64,000 nt of DNA, taken from sequence record NC_047880.1. One strand, given 5' to 3'. Below the pieces are notes generated by a model, which was given only the letters and a program-made list of their open reading frames with translations, did no database searches and was not told where the DNA came from. The translations under genes and the position numbers were made by a program. Shown here one piece after another: positions 8,824-17,507 of this stretch (its first letter is position 1; each line of letters starts with the position of its first letter).

Positions 8824-9524
8824 TTACCAGTGCACCTGCTGCATACACTCCTTCTGGGAAAAGCGCAGATACACTGGTAGACGAAATCGCAGAAACTCCT
8901 GCCAAGAAAATTGCAGCGAAAGGTCTTCGCGAGAAAGAAGAATACTTTGCTGCACTAGCTACGGTGCTAGGTCGTAACTTGCCTGCATATCGCGTAGAAG
9001 CAACGCACGAAGGTGTGACTGTTACACGTGGCTCGAAGGTCAACACTGTGCGTCTTGGCGAAAAAGCTTGGACCATTCAGATGGGCATCACTGCTAAATT
9101 GAAATCACTCGGCTCCAAGTTTGATATCGTTGATCTGCTTGGTATGATTGACAAAGGTATCGCCAGCCCAAAGCTTAAAGCCGGAGTTCCCGGCCAAGCA
9201 ATGCCGATGCCTTACTTTGATGCCGTGAAGAAGAACGCGCAAGACGGAACGTATGATACCGTTATCTACATGGAAGCTGATCGAATTTATCCTCTGGCGC
9301 TCAAGCGTGAAGGGAATATGTTCACAATGAAAGTTTCTATGTTCGGCCCTATTCAGCATTTCATCACTCAAGGTATTCAGGAGTGTGGTGCAACGCTGAC
9401 TGGTGTGACGGGTAGATCATTCACGTTCAATGAAGACGATGCCAACGCATTTGAGAAGTGGCTTAAAGCTCAACGTAGACCGAAGACGCTTTCGACCAAA
9501 TATCTGATGCCACAGGCTTTGTAG
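8820..9524 (+). CDS. -1 frame extension of the 7891 ORF (the ORF track reports only 8964-9524)
   Basis: Frame is open from 8820 (VVTSAPAAYTPSGKSADTLVDEIAETPAKK...); no SD before GTG 8964. Confidence 0.65.
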   Translation, partial: VVTSAPAAYTPSGKSADTLVDEIAETPAKKIAAKGLREKEEYFAALATVLGRNLPAYRVEATHEGVTVTRGSKVNTVRLGEKAWTIQMGITAKLKSLGSKFDIVDLLGMIDKGIASPKLKAGVPGQAMPMPYFDAVKKNAQDGTYDTVIYMEADRIYPLALKREGNMFTMKVSMFGPIQHFITQGIQECGATLTGVTGRSFTFNEDDANAFEKWLKAQRRPKTLSTKYLMPQAL

Positions 9525-9541
9525 TAGCAACTGCTTGAACC

Positions 9542-9570
9542 AAAAAGGGGTGCCTTCGGGTGCCCCTTTT
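9542..9570 (+). terminator. intrinsic terminator (possibly bidirectional)
   Basis: AAAAAGGGGTGCC-TTCG-GGTGCCCCTTTT. Confidence 0.9.
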
Positions 9571-9644
9571 GCGTCTCTGTATGCCGTTAAAAGCACTAAA
9601 AATCGACCTCATATAGCTACATATAATAGACCGCACATCTGCTG

Positions 9645-9703
9645 AACTCTGCATATAATAGGCTAAAATAGCGCTAGATTTGAGGTGCTGAATATGATAT
9701 ACT
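9645..9703 (+). promoter_or_regulatory. boxed sigma70-type promoter, copy 1
   Basis: AACTCTGCATATAATAGGCTAAAATAG, 23 nt, then TG-A-TATACT. Confidence 0.8.
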
Positions 9704-9750
9704 GAATGCGAGCAATAACGCTCAATACACTGATTGCCAAGGGGCATACA

Positions 9751-10389
9751 ATGACTACTTATACATCTATCTATGAAATCGCAGAAGCAATCGACGGCGG
9801 CCTGAATTCAGAAGAAGTTGCGCAAGCTCTTAACATCACAGCGTCTGCACAAGAAATTCTGGTTTGTGGTCTGCAAGAAGACTTCGGTATCTACGTGCCG
9901 CTAATCAATGATCAAAACTATCTGATCGCTGACACAGACGATTTGTTCTCTGAACATCTGAAAGGTCAAGGCGCTTTCACCGTATGCCGCATCTTCACAC
10001 CAGAAAATGAAATGTTCGATCAAGAAGAAGTCGAAGTTGAACAGCTCGGCGAGTTTAATGATTTTGAAACTGCACTCGCAGCATTCGTATCTGCTATCAA
10101 CACAGCCGCAAATCTGAAAGCAGAATTAGAAGCATTTGCCGCACGTATCAATCAACTGCTGCCTGATGATCGCAGTGTTGTGGTTTTCGATGATATCGAA
10201 GATGAAGCCGCATACATGATGATCGTCAAAGTAGAGAACGGCAACGTGGTTGAAGATATCGGCTACAGTATTTCTCACTCGCTTTCAGGCACTGATTGTT
10301 CTTACGCTGACGCGGGCGACTACCCGACAATCGAGCTTGGCAAAACTGATGAAGAAGTTGCGGCCAACATCGCTGCTCTGACATTCTAA
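9751..10389 (+). CDS. hypothetical acidic protein
   Basis: AAGGGG SD, ATG at 9751. Confidence 0.8.
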   Translation: MTTYTSIYEIAEAIDGGLNSEEVAQALNITASAQEILVCGLQEDFGIYVPLINDQNYLIADTDDLFSEHLKGQGAFTVCRIFTPENEMFDQEEVEVEQLGEFNDFETALAAFVSAINTAANLKAELEAFAARINQLLPDDRSVVVFDDIEDEAAYMMIVKVENGNVVEDIGYSISHSLSGTDCSYADAGDYPTIELGKTDEEVAANIAALTF

Positions 10390-10402
10390 ACTGACACATA
10401 GC

Positions 10403-10445
10403 AGGCAGAAATTCTGATTGTATTTGAACTGCTGCCTGCTATTAT
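10403..10445 (+). promoter_or_regulatory. boxed promoter, copy 2 (variant)
   Basis: AGGCAGAAATTC, 22 nt, then TG-C-TATTAT; TTGTAT -35. Confidence 0.65.
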
Positions 10446-10494
10446 ATGATCTCTAGCGCAATGACGCGCTCAACACTGAACGAGAGAAAACAAA

Positions 10495-10746
10495 ATGACA
10501 GACAAGAAAGTAGTTATTGATTTAGTCGCTGACGTTGCATCGCCAACAGAAGTTGTTTTTGAAGATGGCCAGAAATCATCTGAGTGGCTTGCGCCTTACG
10601 ATCTGCGTTTGAACGTGTCGCAAACTGTAGGACCGAACGGCTACCCCGAAGTTGAAATCATCGGCGACGATGCTAATCTCATTAAGTTCTTCGACGAGCA
10701 AATGCCTAACTCTGAACTTTCAGAAAACGACTTGCTCGATCTGTAA
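10495..10746 (+). CDS. hypothetical protein
   Basis: 83-aa ORF downstream of a promoter. Confidence 0.75.
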   Translation: MTDKKVVIDLVADVASPTEVVFEDGQKSSEWLAPYDLRLNVSQTVGPNGYPEVEIIGDDANLIKFFDEQMPNSELSENDLLDL

Positions 10747-10760
10747 CAGCGCCGTACACA

Positions 10761-10789
10761 AGAGACGTTACGGCGTCTCTTTTCTTTTA
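10761..10789 (+). terminator. intrinsic terminator
   Basis: AGAGACGT-TACG-GCGTCTCT followed by TTTCTTTT. Confidence 0.85.
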
Positions 10790-10813
10790 TACTAATTGCC
10801 AAGGGGCATACTG

Positions 10814-11470
10814 ATGAACGTTTTAAAAACTGCTGCTGACTTTGATCGCGCACTACATAACGCCGTTACTCTGAACGACACGACTGAGATTGATCAATTC
10901 ATCACGTCTATCACAACTGAACTTAATCGTTCAGATATCGTTTTGCGTTTTGTTGCAGGCGACGACCCCGCGAATAGCGAGTCTAACATGGACCTTTCGC
11001 CTACATACATTTCAGCGGCGCGTGTTGCGAACCCCGAAGAAGAGTTGCTCACTATCATTCTGCCTACTGCTCATGAAGATTATAAGTGTGATACGATTGA
11101 TATCGTAGGCACTGACCTGTGCGTGTCTCGCTGTAAGGCTTACATCAAAATCAACGATACGACAATACAAGAAGTCGCTCGCGTGATAGCGCAGACCATT
11201 AAGCGCCGTTCGCCTCTGCTTAAACTGGCTGACGCTGATCGCTCTATCATTGAGATGTACAGTGCAGGTCTTATCTCGATGACTGAGCTTGTGCTTGACC
11301 TTGTATCGCGTGGTATTGGCATTCGTCAAATAACTACAGGCACAACTGATGACCCAGCAATCGAAGTCATTGTTCGTCACGGCAAACTCTACTTAGACCT
11401 CACACATGATGCAGGCCAAGTCGATGAACACAACTGGCCTGTGCTGCAATCAGTTGTTGTGCTAATCTAA
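10814..11470 (+). CDS. hypothetical protein
   Basis: AAGGGG SD, ATG at 10814. Confidence 0.8.
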   Translation: MNVLKTAADFDRALHNAVTLNDTTEIDQFITSITTELNRSDIVLRFVAGDDPANSESNMDLSPTYISAARVANPEEELLTIILPTAHEDYKCDTIDIVGTDLCVSRCKAYIKINDTTIQEVARVIAQTIKRRSPLLKLADADRSIIEMYSAGLISMTELVLDLVSRGIGIRQITTGTTDDPAIEVIVRHGKLYLDLTHDAGQVDEHNWPVLQSVVVLI

Positions 11471-11478
11471 TTCAATTC

Positions 11479-11497
11479 GCCCTGCTGCGGGGCTTTT
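11479..11497 (+). terminator. intrinsic terminator
   Basis: GCCCTG-CTG-CGGGGC followed by TTTT. Confidence 0.65.
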
Positions 11498-11521
11498 ATA
11501 TTTCTGTTTGAGAGAATCGTT

Positions 11522-12049
11522 ATGAAAAATCAATACCTCATTATTCGCATGAAAGCCGCTGACCTGTACAACAACAAATTTTTAATGCGCGGCTTTGATC
11601 GAAAACGTATCGATCAAGTCATCGGGATCGTTGTCGTTGTAGCTGATGAACACAGCACTTCCCTGAAAGACAACATGTATCACCTGTCCAGCGTTGGTGT
11701 TGAAATGCTAGTTTCTGATACGCAGCAAAAACATGCGCGACTGTTCTGGAATGACGAAGACCGTCGTGTGATACAAGATGGTAAAACACTTCTGCCTGCG
11801 GATTTACGCAAGACGATTGATTCTATGCTGAACAATCGTATGTACCATACAGTAGATACTCAAATACCAGAAGCGTTTCGTGAGTGCCACACTGTGTTTG
11901 ATATTCCAGCAGGCACAGAAATGCGTGAGCGCATAAATAAACGCTTGCACGATATGCAGAAGAAAGACGTTCTGGATAAATTCACTGTAGAAGAATTATT
12001 GCAGCACCTGAAGAAACGTACAGGTGCTAAGATCACACTCGAACTGTAA
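11522..12049 (+). CDS. hypothetical protein
   Basis: 175-aa ORF. Confidence 0.8.
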   Translation: MKNQYLIIRMKAADLYNNKFLMRGFDRKRIDQVIGIVVVVADEHSTSLKDNMYHLSSVGVEMLVSDTQQKHARLFWNDEDRRVIQDGKTLLPADLRKTIDSMLNNRMYHTVDTQIPEAFRECHTVFDIPAGTEMRERINKRLHDMQKKDVLDKFTVEELLQHLKKRTGAKITLEL

Positions 12050-12105
12050 ATCAAAACTAACCAACAGCCTTGCGCAAGCGGGGCTTTTCTGATCTGGAGA
12101 ATGCT

Positions 12106-12375
12106 ATGTACCAATACGATCACGATGAACTGTCTGTTATGCCTCTCGATGCGCTGTATGGTCTTGCTGAGTCTCGTAACTTGTTGGACGACGATGCTGG
12201 CGATGATGATTCAGATGCACCTGATGCGGACCAGTTGATTGCACTGATTATTCAAGATCAGATCGATCAACAACAGGACGAAGATGACGCGGCAGACAAG
12301 CAGCGAGCCGAAGATGATCGCGATCCGCTGATCAATCGTCGTGATGGCCAAGACGGCTCTGACGACTACTGCTAA
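12106..12375 (+). CDS. hypothetical Asp-rich protein
   Basis: GGAG SD, ATG at 12106. Confidence 0.75.
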   Translation: MYQYDHDELSVMPLDALYGLAESRNLLDDDAGDDDSDAPDADQLIALIIQDQIDQQQDEDDAADKQRAEDDRDPLINRRDGQDGSDDYC

Positions 12376-12419
12376 AACGAAGAGACACCAAACGAGTGTT
12401 TCAATAACTGGAGAACATC

Positions 12420-12761
12420 ATGGACCGCATGATAATCAAAGTAAGCCCTGACGAATTCAACGCTCGTCAGATTCTATTGCCTCACGCTTTACCTTTCACT
12501 AAAGAAGAGGCTGTTGTGTTTGTCGTAACGAGCACGAACGAGTTTGGTGGTTTGACGTATGAAGACGCATACCTTATCACTAAACTCAAAGTGACTGACA
12601 ACACAACTCCTGGAGGGCCTGCTCAAACGCTTGAAACGCAAGAGTATGGCAAAGTCACATTAGACGAAGCGTGGAAAATTCCACTCTTGCCTAAAGTGTA
12701 TATCGTTGAGCCTGTACCTGAACGCGATCAGCGTATCTACTCGCAGACTGAATTCGTCTAA
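12420..12761 (+). CDS. hypothetical protein
   Basis: GGAG SD, 113 aa. Confidence 0.8.
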   Translation: MDRMIIKVSPDEFNARQILLPHALPFTKEEAVVFVVTSTNEFGGLTYEDAYLITKLKVTDNTTPGGPAQTLETQEYGKVTLDEAWKIPLLPKVYIVEPVPERDQRIYSQTEFV

Positions 12762-12766
12762 CTATC

Positions 12767-12793
12767 AAGGGCTGCCTAACGGTGGCCCTTTTT
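12767..12793 (+). terminator. intrinsic terminator
   Basis: AAGGGCTGCC-TAAC-GGTGGCCCTT followed by TTT. Confidence 0.85.
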
Positions 12794-12837
12794 CGTTTCT
12801 GTAAATACTGCTCACGAACAAACAAAAGGTAATCACT

Positions 12838-13197
12838 ATGCGCCGCTCTTTCATTGTATTTCTTATCTCTCAAGGCGAACTGAACAACGGTCGCTTCTTT
12901 CAACCCAAGATGAAACTTGGCGCAGACCTGCTGGCTCACATTGATTGTGTGTTGCTCGTCGTGCGTGATACCAAACACGTCTACTGCCCTAAGCAGTTTG
13001 AGCACCGTGAAAGCGCAGAGCCTGGAATCTATCAGGTTGACTTTGAAGACATGCAAGAAGTCACCACGATGATCAATGCTATTCAGGCACTCAAGATGCC
13101 TATTGACAGGACTGCACCGATCGAAGAGATTCGCTATTTCTTGCGCACACCAGCACAAGACACAGACCCGTCACTTGTAACTTATATCGAGGTATAA
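12838..13197 (+). CDS. hypothetical protein
   Basis: 119-aa ORF with AAGG SD. Confidence 0.75.
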   Translation: MRRSFIVFLISQGELNNGRFFQPKMKLGADLLAHIDCVLLVVRDTKHVYCPKQFEHRESAEPGIYQVDFEDMQEVTTMINAIQALKMPIDRTAPIEEIRYFLRTPAQDTDPSLVTYIEV

Positions 13198-13467
13198 ATG
13201 GCATACGATCCACCTAAGCCGAGAACGAATCTCGGTGCATCACTGGCAGCACGTTTTGGTGTTACTTCTGCTGAGAAGATTGCGAAGAGAAAAAAGATCT
13301 ATCCGAAAAACAAAACAGCTTCGTCTGCTGTCACTACTCCGATGTATGTTGCACTGACGAAGCTGGCTAATCGTCGTGGTATCTCTGCTGCCCGTCTTAT
13401 CGAAAGTCTGTTGGAGCGTGAGCTTACCGCAGAGAACATTCCTTACATAGGAGTTCAAGACGAATGA
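13198..13467 (+). CDS. putative ribbon-helix-helix (CopG/Arc-like) DNA-binding protein
   Basis: SAVTTPMYVALTKLANRRGISAARLIESLLERE fits the beta-alpha-alpha RHH pattern. Confidence 0.5.
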   Translation: MAYDPPKPRTNLGASLAARFGVTSAEKIAKRKKIYPKNKTASSAVTTPMYVALTKLANRRGISAARLIESLLERELTAENIPYIGVQDE

Positions 13468-13829
13468 GTCTGCATATTTATTGTCGTCTGTATGGCGTAC
13501 AGCATCGCTTGCGTATCACGGAGCATGATTTCACACGCACACCTAAAATGGTCACTGTGTGTAACGCAGACTTCCTCACAATGATGCCTCTTGTTATTGT
13601 CGGTGCTGCTTACGACACGTACACGCCGTACAAAATTTTGAAAGCAGGTAAAGCTGATTTTAAGATCAGAAGAATTGAACGTGTATCGTCAGACAAGTGG
13701 CTTTATGTATTCGAAGATTCACAGGGCAATGCGTTCCAAACGTATTTGCATAGGAGGATGTATGAAACGTATCGGGACAATCGTAGCACTCGGACTGAAA
13801 GACAAACAGCCGAAGTCGTGCGACATTGA
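13464..13829 (+). CDS. hypothetical protein
   Basis: 121-aa ORF, ATGA overlap with the upstream gene. Confidence 0.7.
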   Translation: MSLHIYCRLYGVQHRLRITEHDFTRTPKMVTVCNADFLTMMPLVIVGAAYDTYTPYKILKAGKADFKIRRIERVSSDKWLYVFEDSQGNAFQTYLHRRMYETYRDNRSTRTERQTAEVVRH

Positions 13830-14397
13830 TATAACGCCTGTGTCGAAAGACGACGAATGGGGCTCGCTGAGTCCCTTTCATTTAGGACCATGCAGAACAC
13901 CTGACGGTACGATGTTCTATAACATGGAAAACCTCTGGCAGTACAGCAAAGTGTATGAAGACCATCTGAACAACTCTAACGATATCTTTAGTGGTGAAGT
14001 TAGTCCAGACTGGTATGCGTGGCATCTCAAAGGTGCTATGTCAAAACAGGCGCATCGTTATCCCATGGGTAAAGGCCAAAAGCCGTTATTCAGTCGCTGG
14101 GGTAATCTGCGTCTTTCTTACGTTCCAGCGCGAAAACAAATCTACGTGCCTGAGTATGCGAAGCTGGTAATTGAACAGAAGAAGTTCAAACAGCTCCTCA
14201 AAGAATATAAGAAAGGTGCTAACATCGTTGTGCGTGACTATGACACATACGATATTCATAAAGCATATCCTGATTCACGCTCCCCGTGGATAAGTGCGAT
14301 AGAGAATCCTCACAACAAGTTCGGACACTCATTCGTGATCGCTCTTGCTCTCTTATTTCATGAACGACCTCTCTGGTACAATCAATGGGTTTTATAA
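13762..14397 (+). CDS. DUF6939-like protein (NADAR-related, inferred)
   Basis: LSPF..GP, ENLWQYSKVY, ARKQIYVPEY, RDYD and FGHSFV motifs recalled from this family; GGAGG SD before ATG 13762. Confidence 0.55.
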   Translation: MKRIGTIVALGLKDKQPKSCDIDITPVSKDDEWGSLSPFHLGPCRTPDGTMFYNMENLWQYSKVYEDHLNNSNDIFSGEVSPDWYAWHLKGAMSKQAHRYPMGKGQKPLFSRWGNLRLSYVPARKQIYVPEYAKLVIEQKKFKQLLKEYKKGANIVVRDYDTYDIHKAYPDSRSPWISAIENPHNKFGHSFVIALALLFHERPLWYNQWVL

Positions 14398-14759
14398 AAA
14401 TCAATCGACAAGGTTGTACGCGCATTGTTTTCCTGACAAAGAAGTATGCGATCAAGATTCCTACTATAACAACGTGGGAAGGATTCGTTCTCGGCCTGCT
14501 GGGAAATATGAATGAGCGCAGGTGGAAAGACTCACCTCCTGAATGGTTTATCTGCCCGCTTCTTTATAGCAATCGTTTTGGTCTGTTGAACATAATGCCT
14601 CGTTGTAGTCCAGTCAAACATCGAGGTTTGTATCTCACGGAACTGAAACGTATCTGTGTGCTTTCACCTCTGTCCGATGAATTCTATATGTCAGACGCAA
14701 AGCCTCAGAACTATGGAACGTATAAAGGCCGCATGGTCAAACTTGATTATGGGAGTTAA
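14385..14759 (+). CDS. miniature protein-kinase-like protein
   Basis: GCTRIVF..YAIKIP (subdomains I/II), DAKPQNYG (catalytic loop), VKLDYG (DFG-like). Confidence 0.6.
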   Translation: MGFIKINRQGCTRIVFLTKKYAIKIPTITTWEGFVLGLLGNMNERRWKDSPPEWFICPLLYSNRFGLLNIMPRCSPVKHRGLYLTELKRICVLSPLSDEFYMSDAKPQNYGTYKGRMVKLDYGS

Positions 14760-14762
14760 AGC

Positions 14763-15077
14763 ATGATTCAACCTAAATACGAATGGCGTATGCGCTTCGA
14801 AAACCGTGAAGGTAATCTCAACTTACCTGAGTTACCTCCTGATATCGAAATCTATATCAAAGACAACCTCACGCTTCAACGCATCCCTGTCTTAGTTAAC
14901 CGCACAACAATCGTAAGCGTTAACGGTAAGACGTGTGGTTGTTTACAGTGGCTCGATACTGCTAATCTACTCGTTTGGTCTTCATTTGAGATCTATCGTT
15001 TTACGCTGTTTGTCGAACGAGTCACACGCGAAACTGCATCTGAGACAGCCCTGCAATCTGAACAACTCTGCATATAA
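14763..15077 (+). CDS. hypothetical protein
   Basis: 104-aa ORF with GGAG SD. Confidence 0.7.
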   Translation: MIQPKYEWRMRFENREGNLNLPELPPDIEIYIKDNLTLQRIPVLVNRTTIVSVNGKTCGCLQWLDTANLLVWSSFEIYRFTLFVERVTRETASETALQSEQLCI

Positions 15078-15122
15078 TAGGCTAAAATAGCCGTTCACTT
15101 CTAGACGCTCCTATGCTATAAT
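15064..15122 (+). promoter_or_regulatory. boxed promoter, copy 3
   Basis: AACTCTGCATATAATAGGCTAAAATAG, 23 nt, then TG-C-TATAAT. Confidence 0.85.
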
Positions 15123-15168
15123 AGATTCAAGCAATAGTGCTTATAAATCTAACGCTGAGGAGCGTATC

Positions 15169-15612
15169 ATGACTGTATATCACATCTCAACTCTGACTTC
15201 CCCAGAAGACTTCCTTGAAGCGCGTTTTGGCCACATGGAAAACCTCGTTACTAAAATCAAAGAAGCGTTGAATCGTCCTGATATCGAAGTGTACTTAGAT
15301 GCGGACGACGGGCAGATGCTCGAAGAAGCAAACACAGAAGGTCCAGACCAGAAGATTGACGATAGCCTGATCAACGTTCACATTCGTTATGCAGGTATGT
15401 CGTCTGATGAATCGACTGAGAAAGGTGTGTGGGATATTCTGCTGGGCGTTCCTCATGTTGATAACGACATGGGCGACTGGACGAATTCATACACGCTGTT
15501 CATTCTCGATGAAGACATGGACGCTCTTGAGGAAGTTGCGATTGAAAACGGAAATCCTCATATGTTTGAGACTATCGTTGATCGCATTAACTTCTGGTTA
15601 CCTAAACTGTAA
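15169..15612 (+). CDS. hypothetical acidic protein
   Basis: SD in hairpin ACGCT-GAGG-AGCGT. Confidence 0.85.
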   Translation: MTVYHISTLTSPEDFLEARFGHMENLVTKIKEALNRPDIEVYLDADDGQMLEEANTEGPDQKIDDSLINVHIRYAGMSSDESTEKGVWDILLGVPHVDNDMGDWTNSYTLFILDEDMDALEEVAIENGNPHMFETIVDRINFWLPKL

Positions 15613-15677
15613 TTGATTTGTGAAGGGCCTTCTCTGAGGGCTCTTTGAAAATCTAACCTAAGCTGAGGAGCTTAACA

Positions 15678-16004
15678 ATGTCATCATCAACTGAAATCAC
15701 TTTCTCTTTCTCTTCTCTGACTAGCCTTGAAGTTGTGACAGGCAGTAGTGCTGTTGCCGACTATATGGGCGTGGCTGCGAATCAGAAGAAAACGTTTAGC
15801 AACAAAGAAGCGTTGGACCTGATGCAGAACAGCAACATCATTAGCGCGTTGTCTCGCTTTGACCAAGCGATTGTCAATCTGCTGATCGATCAGCAAGAGA
15901 GCCACGAAGAACAGCGCAAGCATTATGTTGAACTTGCTCGTGGTATCGATCGTCCTGAAGATGTCCATGCAGGCGTGTATCTGACAATCAGACACTGCCG
16001 CTAA
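15678..16004 (+). CDS. hypothetical protein
   Basis: SD in hairpin TAAGCT-GAGG-AGCTTA. Confidence 0.85.
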   Translation: MSSSTEITFSFSSLTSLEVVTGSSAVADYMGVAANQKKTFSNKEALDLMQNSNIISALSRFDQAIVNLLIDQQESHEEQRKHYVELARGIDRPEDVHAGVYLTIRHCR

Positions 16005-16070
16005 GATTTGTGAAGGGCATTCTAGCGAGTGTCCTTTGAAAATCACATAACCCGTTCTGAGGAGAACAAC

Positions 16071-16427
16071 ATGTCTGCTACTCAACTGCCTATCGACGCT
16101 CGCGCTTTTGATGACCTCGATAACATCGGCTTTTTGCATATCACTAACTGCCTGTCGATTATGCTTTCTCGTGGCGATTTAGAACTCGTCACTGATATTG
16201 CAGATCGCACAGTCACTGTTAAGTACAGCACTGGCGCTGTGAACAAACTCGGACACGGACTCATTGTCCTGCGTTTCCCCTCAGAAGTGCTTCAATCAGA
16301 TATTCTCGAAGACTTCGAAGTGACCGTTGATAAGAATATTGTGATTCTTATCGAACGCCAGTACAGTTCAGCCGCAACGTTTCAGCGCATTGCTGGCGTG
16401 ATTGAAGGTCTGATGTACAAACTGTGA
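16071..16427 (+). CDS. hypothetical protein
   Basis: SD in hairpin GTTCT-GAGG-AGAAC, ATG at 16071. Confidence 0.85.
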   Translation: MSATQLPIDARAFDDLDNIGFLHITNCLSIMLSRGDLELVTDIADRTVTVKYSTGAVNKLGHGLIVLRFPSEVLQSDILEDFEVTVDKNIVILIERQYSSAATFQRIAGVIEGLMYKL

Positions 16428-16491
16428 TTGTTGCTTGCAGGTTCTTACGAGAGCTTGCTGTCAACATAACCCACATGCTGAGGAGCATACA

Positions 16492-16911
16492 ATGATGAAA
16501 TTCCCAACACGCGGCCAGACTTACACACTGCGTCAAATTCTGCTTGAACTGCCTTTACGTGATTCCGCGTTCTTGCGTTTCTACCCGACTAAAGTTCGTT
16601 ATGTCGGATCAAGTGAAGCAGATATTCAAGTCATTCAGACTTCTGCATTGAGCGACGAGCATTTGCTGCTTGACCCTCAGTGGGAAAACAGTGAGTGGGT
16701 ATTCGTCGAAGAGACTTACGAGTGGATTCCTATCTTCCGCGCAAAAGATAATGCAGCAATCGAAGCGCTGTGTGTTATCGAAGCTTCAACCGAGTCATTC
16801 CATCGTAACAACGGGCACATGCACGTATACCCAAAAGGTATGCAGTTCCCGCAGTACGAACCGTATGATGAAACAGTTCACGCCAGCTATCTTGAGCGTG
16901 TAGGCGAATAA
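16492..16911 (+). CDS. hypothetical protein
   Basis: SD in hairpin ATGCT-GAGG-AGCAT, ATG at 16492. Confidence 0.85.
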   Translation: MMKFPTRGQTYTLRQILLELPLRDSAFLRFYPTKVRYVGSSEADIQVIQTSALSDEHLLLDPQWENSEWVFVEETYEWIPIFRAKDNAAIEALCVIEASTESFHRNNGHMHVYPKGMQFPQYEPYDETVHASYLERVGE

Positions 16912-16917
16912 CAAAAC

Positions 16918-16949
16918 AGGGATGCTCACAAAGGTGGGTGTCCCCTTTT
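16918..16949 (+). terminator. intrinsic terminator
   Basis: AGGGATGCTCAC...GTGGGTGTCCCCTTTT. Confidence 0.75.
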
Positions 16950-16971
16950 ACTTTCTGTTGAGGAAAAAGCT

Positions 16972-17481
16972 ATGACAAATAACACCAGTGCTATCGTTCT
17001 TCGTCTCATGACTCACGTTCATCTGATGCACAGTGTAGAGCAGGTCTGCATCATGCAGGACGTTGTACGCATCCGTCTGTCTGGGATCATGTATGACGTG
17101 CGCACAAACGGCCATACGTTCTTAGTGCATGAGATTGAATCCTCCTGCATGTCATCAACTAAGGCAGCGCGTGACCTTGAAGAGAAATTGAACGGCGAGC
17201 GTGAAGCGGTACCTGTGCACGGTTTAAAAATTCAACCACACTGGCCACCGATTATCGACAAATACACCCAGTCAATGTCTCCTCATTACATTCAAGAATA
17301 CACGGAACATTGTGGTGGGCCTGACTTAGATGGTCTCAAAACAAAAACTATCTGGGTAAGATCTCACTTGCTTGAATTCTGGCGAGCGAATGGTCTGAAC
17401 AATTTCCTCGACCACGTACTCTTTATCGAAGGTCGCATTCGCCGCGACGAGCTGTTCAAAGAAATCCAAAAGCACTGCTAG
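16972..17481 (+). CDS. hypothetical protein
   Basis: GAGG SD, 169 aa. Confidence 0.8.
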   Translation: MTNNTSAIVLRLMTHVHLMHSVEQVCIMQDVVRIRLSGIMYDVRTNGHTFLVHEIESSCMSSTKAARDLEEKLNGEREAVPVHGLKIQPHWPPIIDKYTQSMSPHYIQEYTEHCGGPDLDGLKTKTIWVRSHLLEFWRANGLNNFLDHVLFIEGRIRRDELFKEIQKHC

Positions 17482-17507
17482 TTCACTCATAACAAAAGAA
17501 GGACCAA

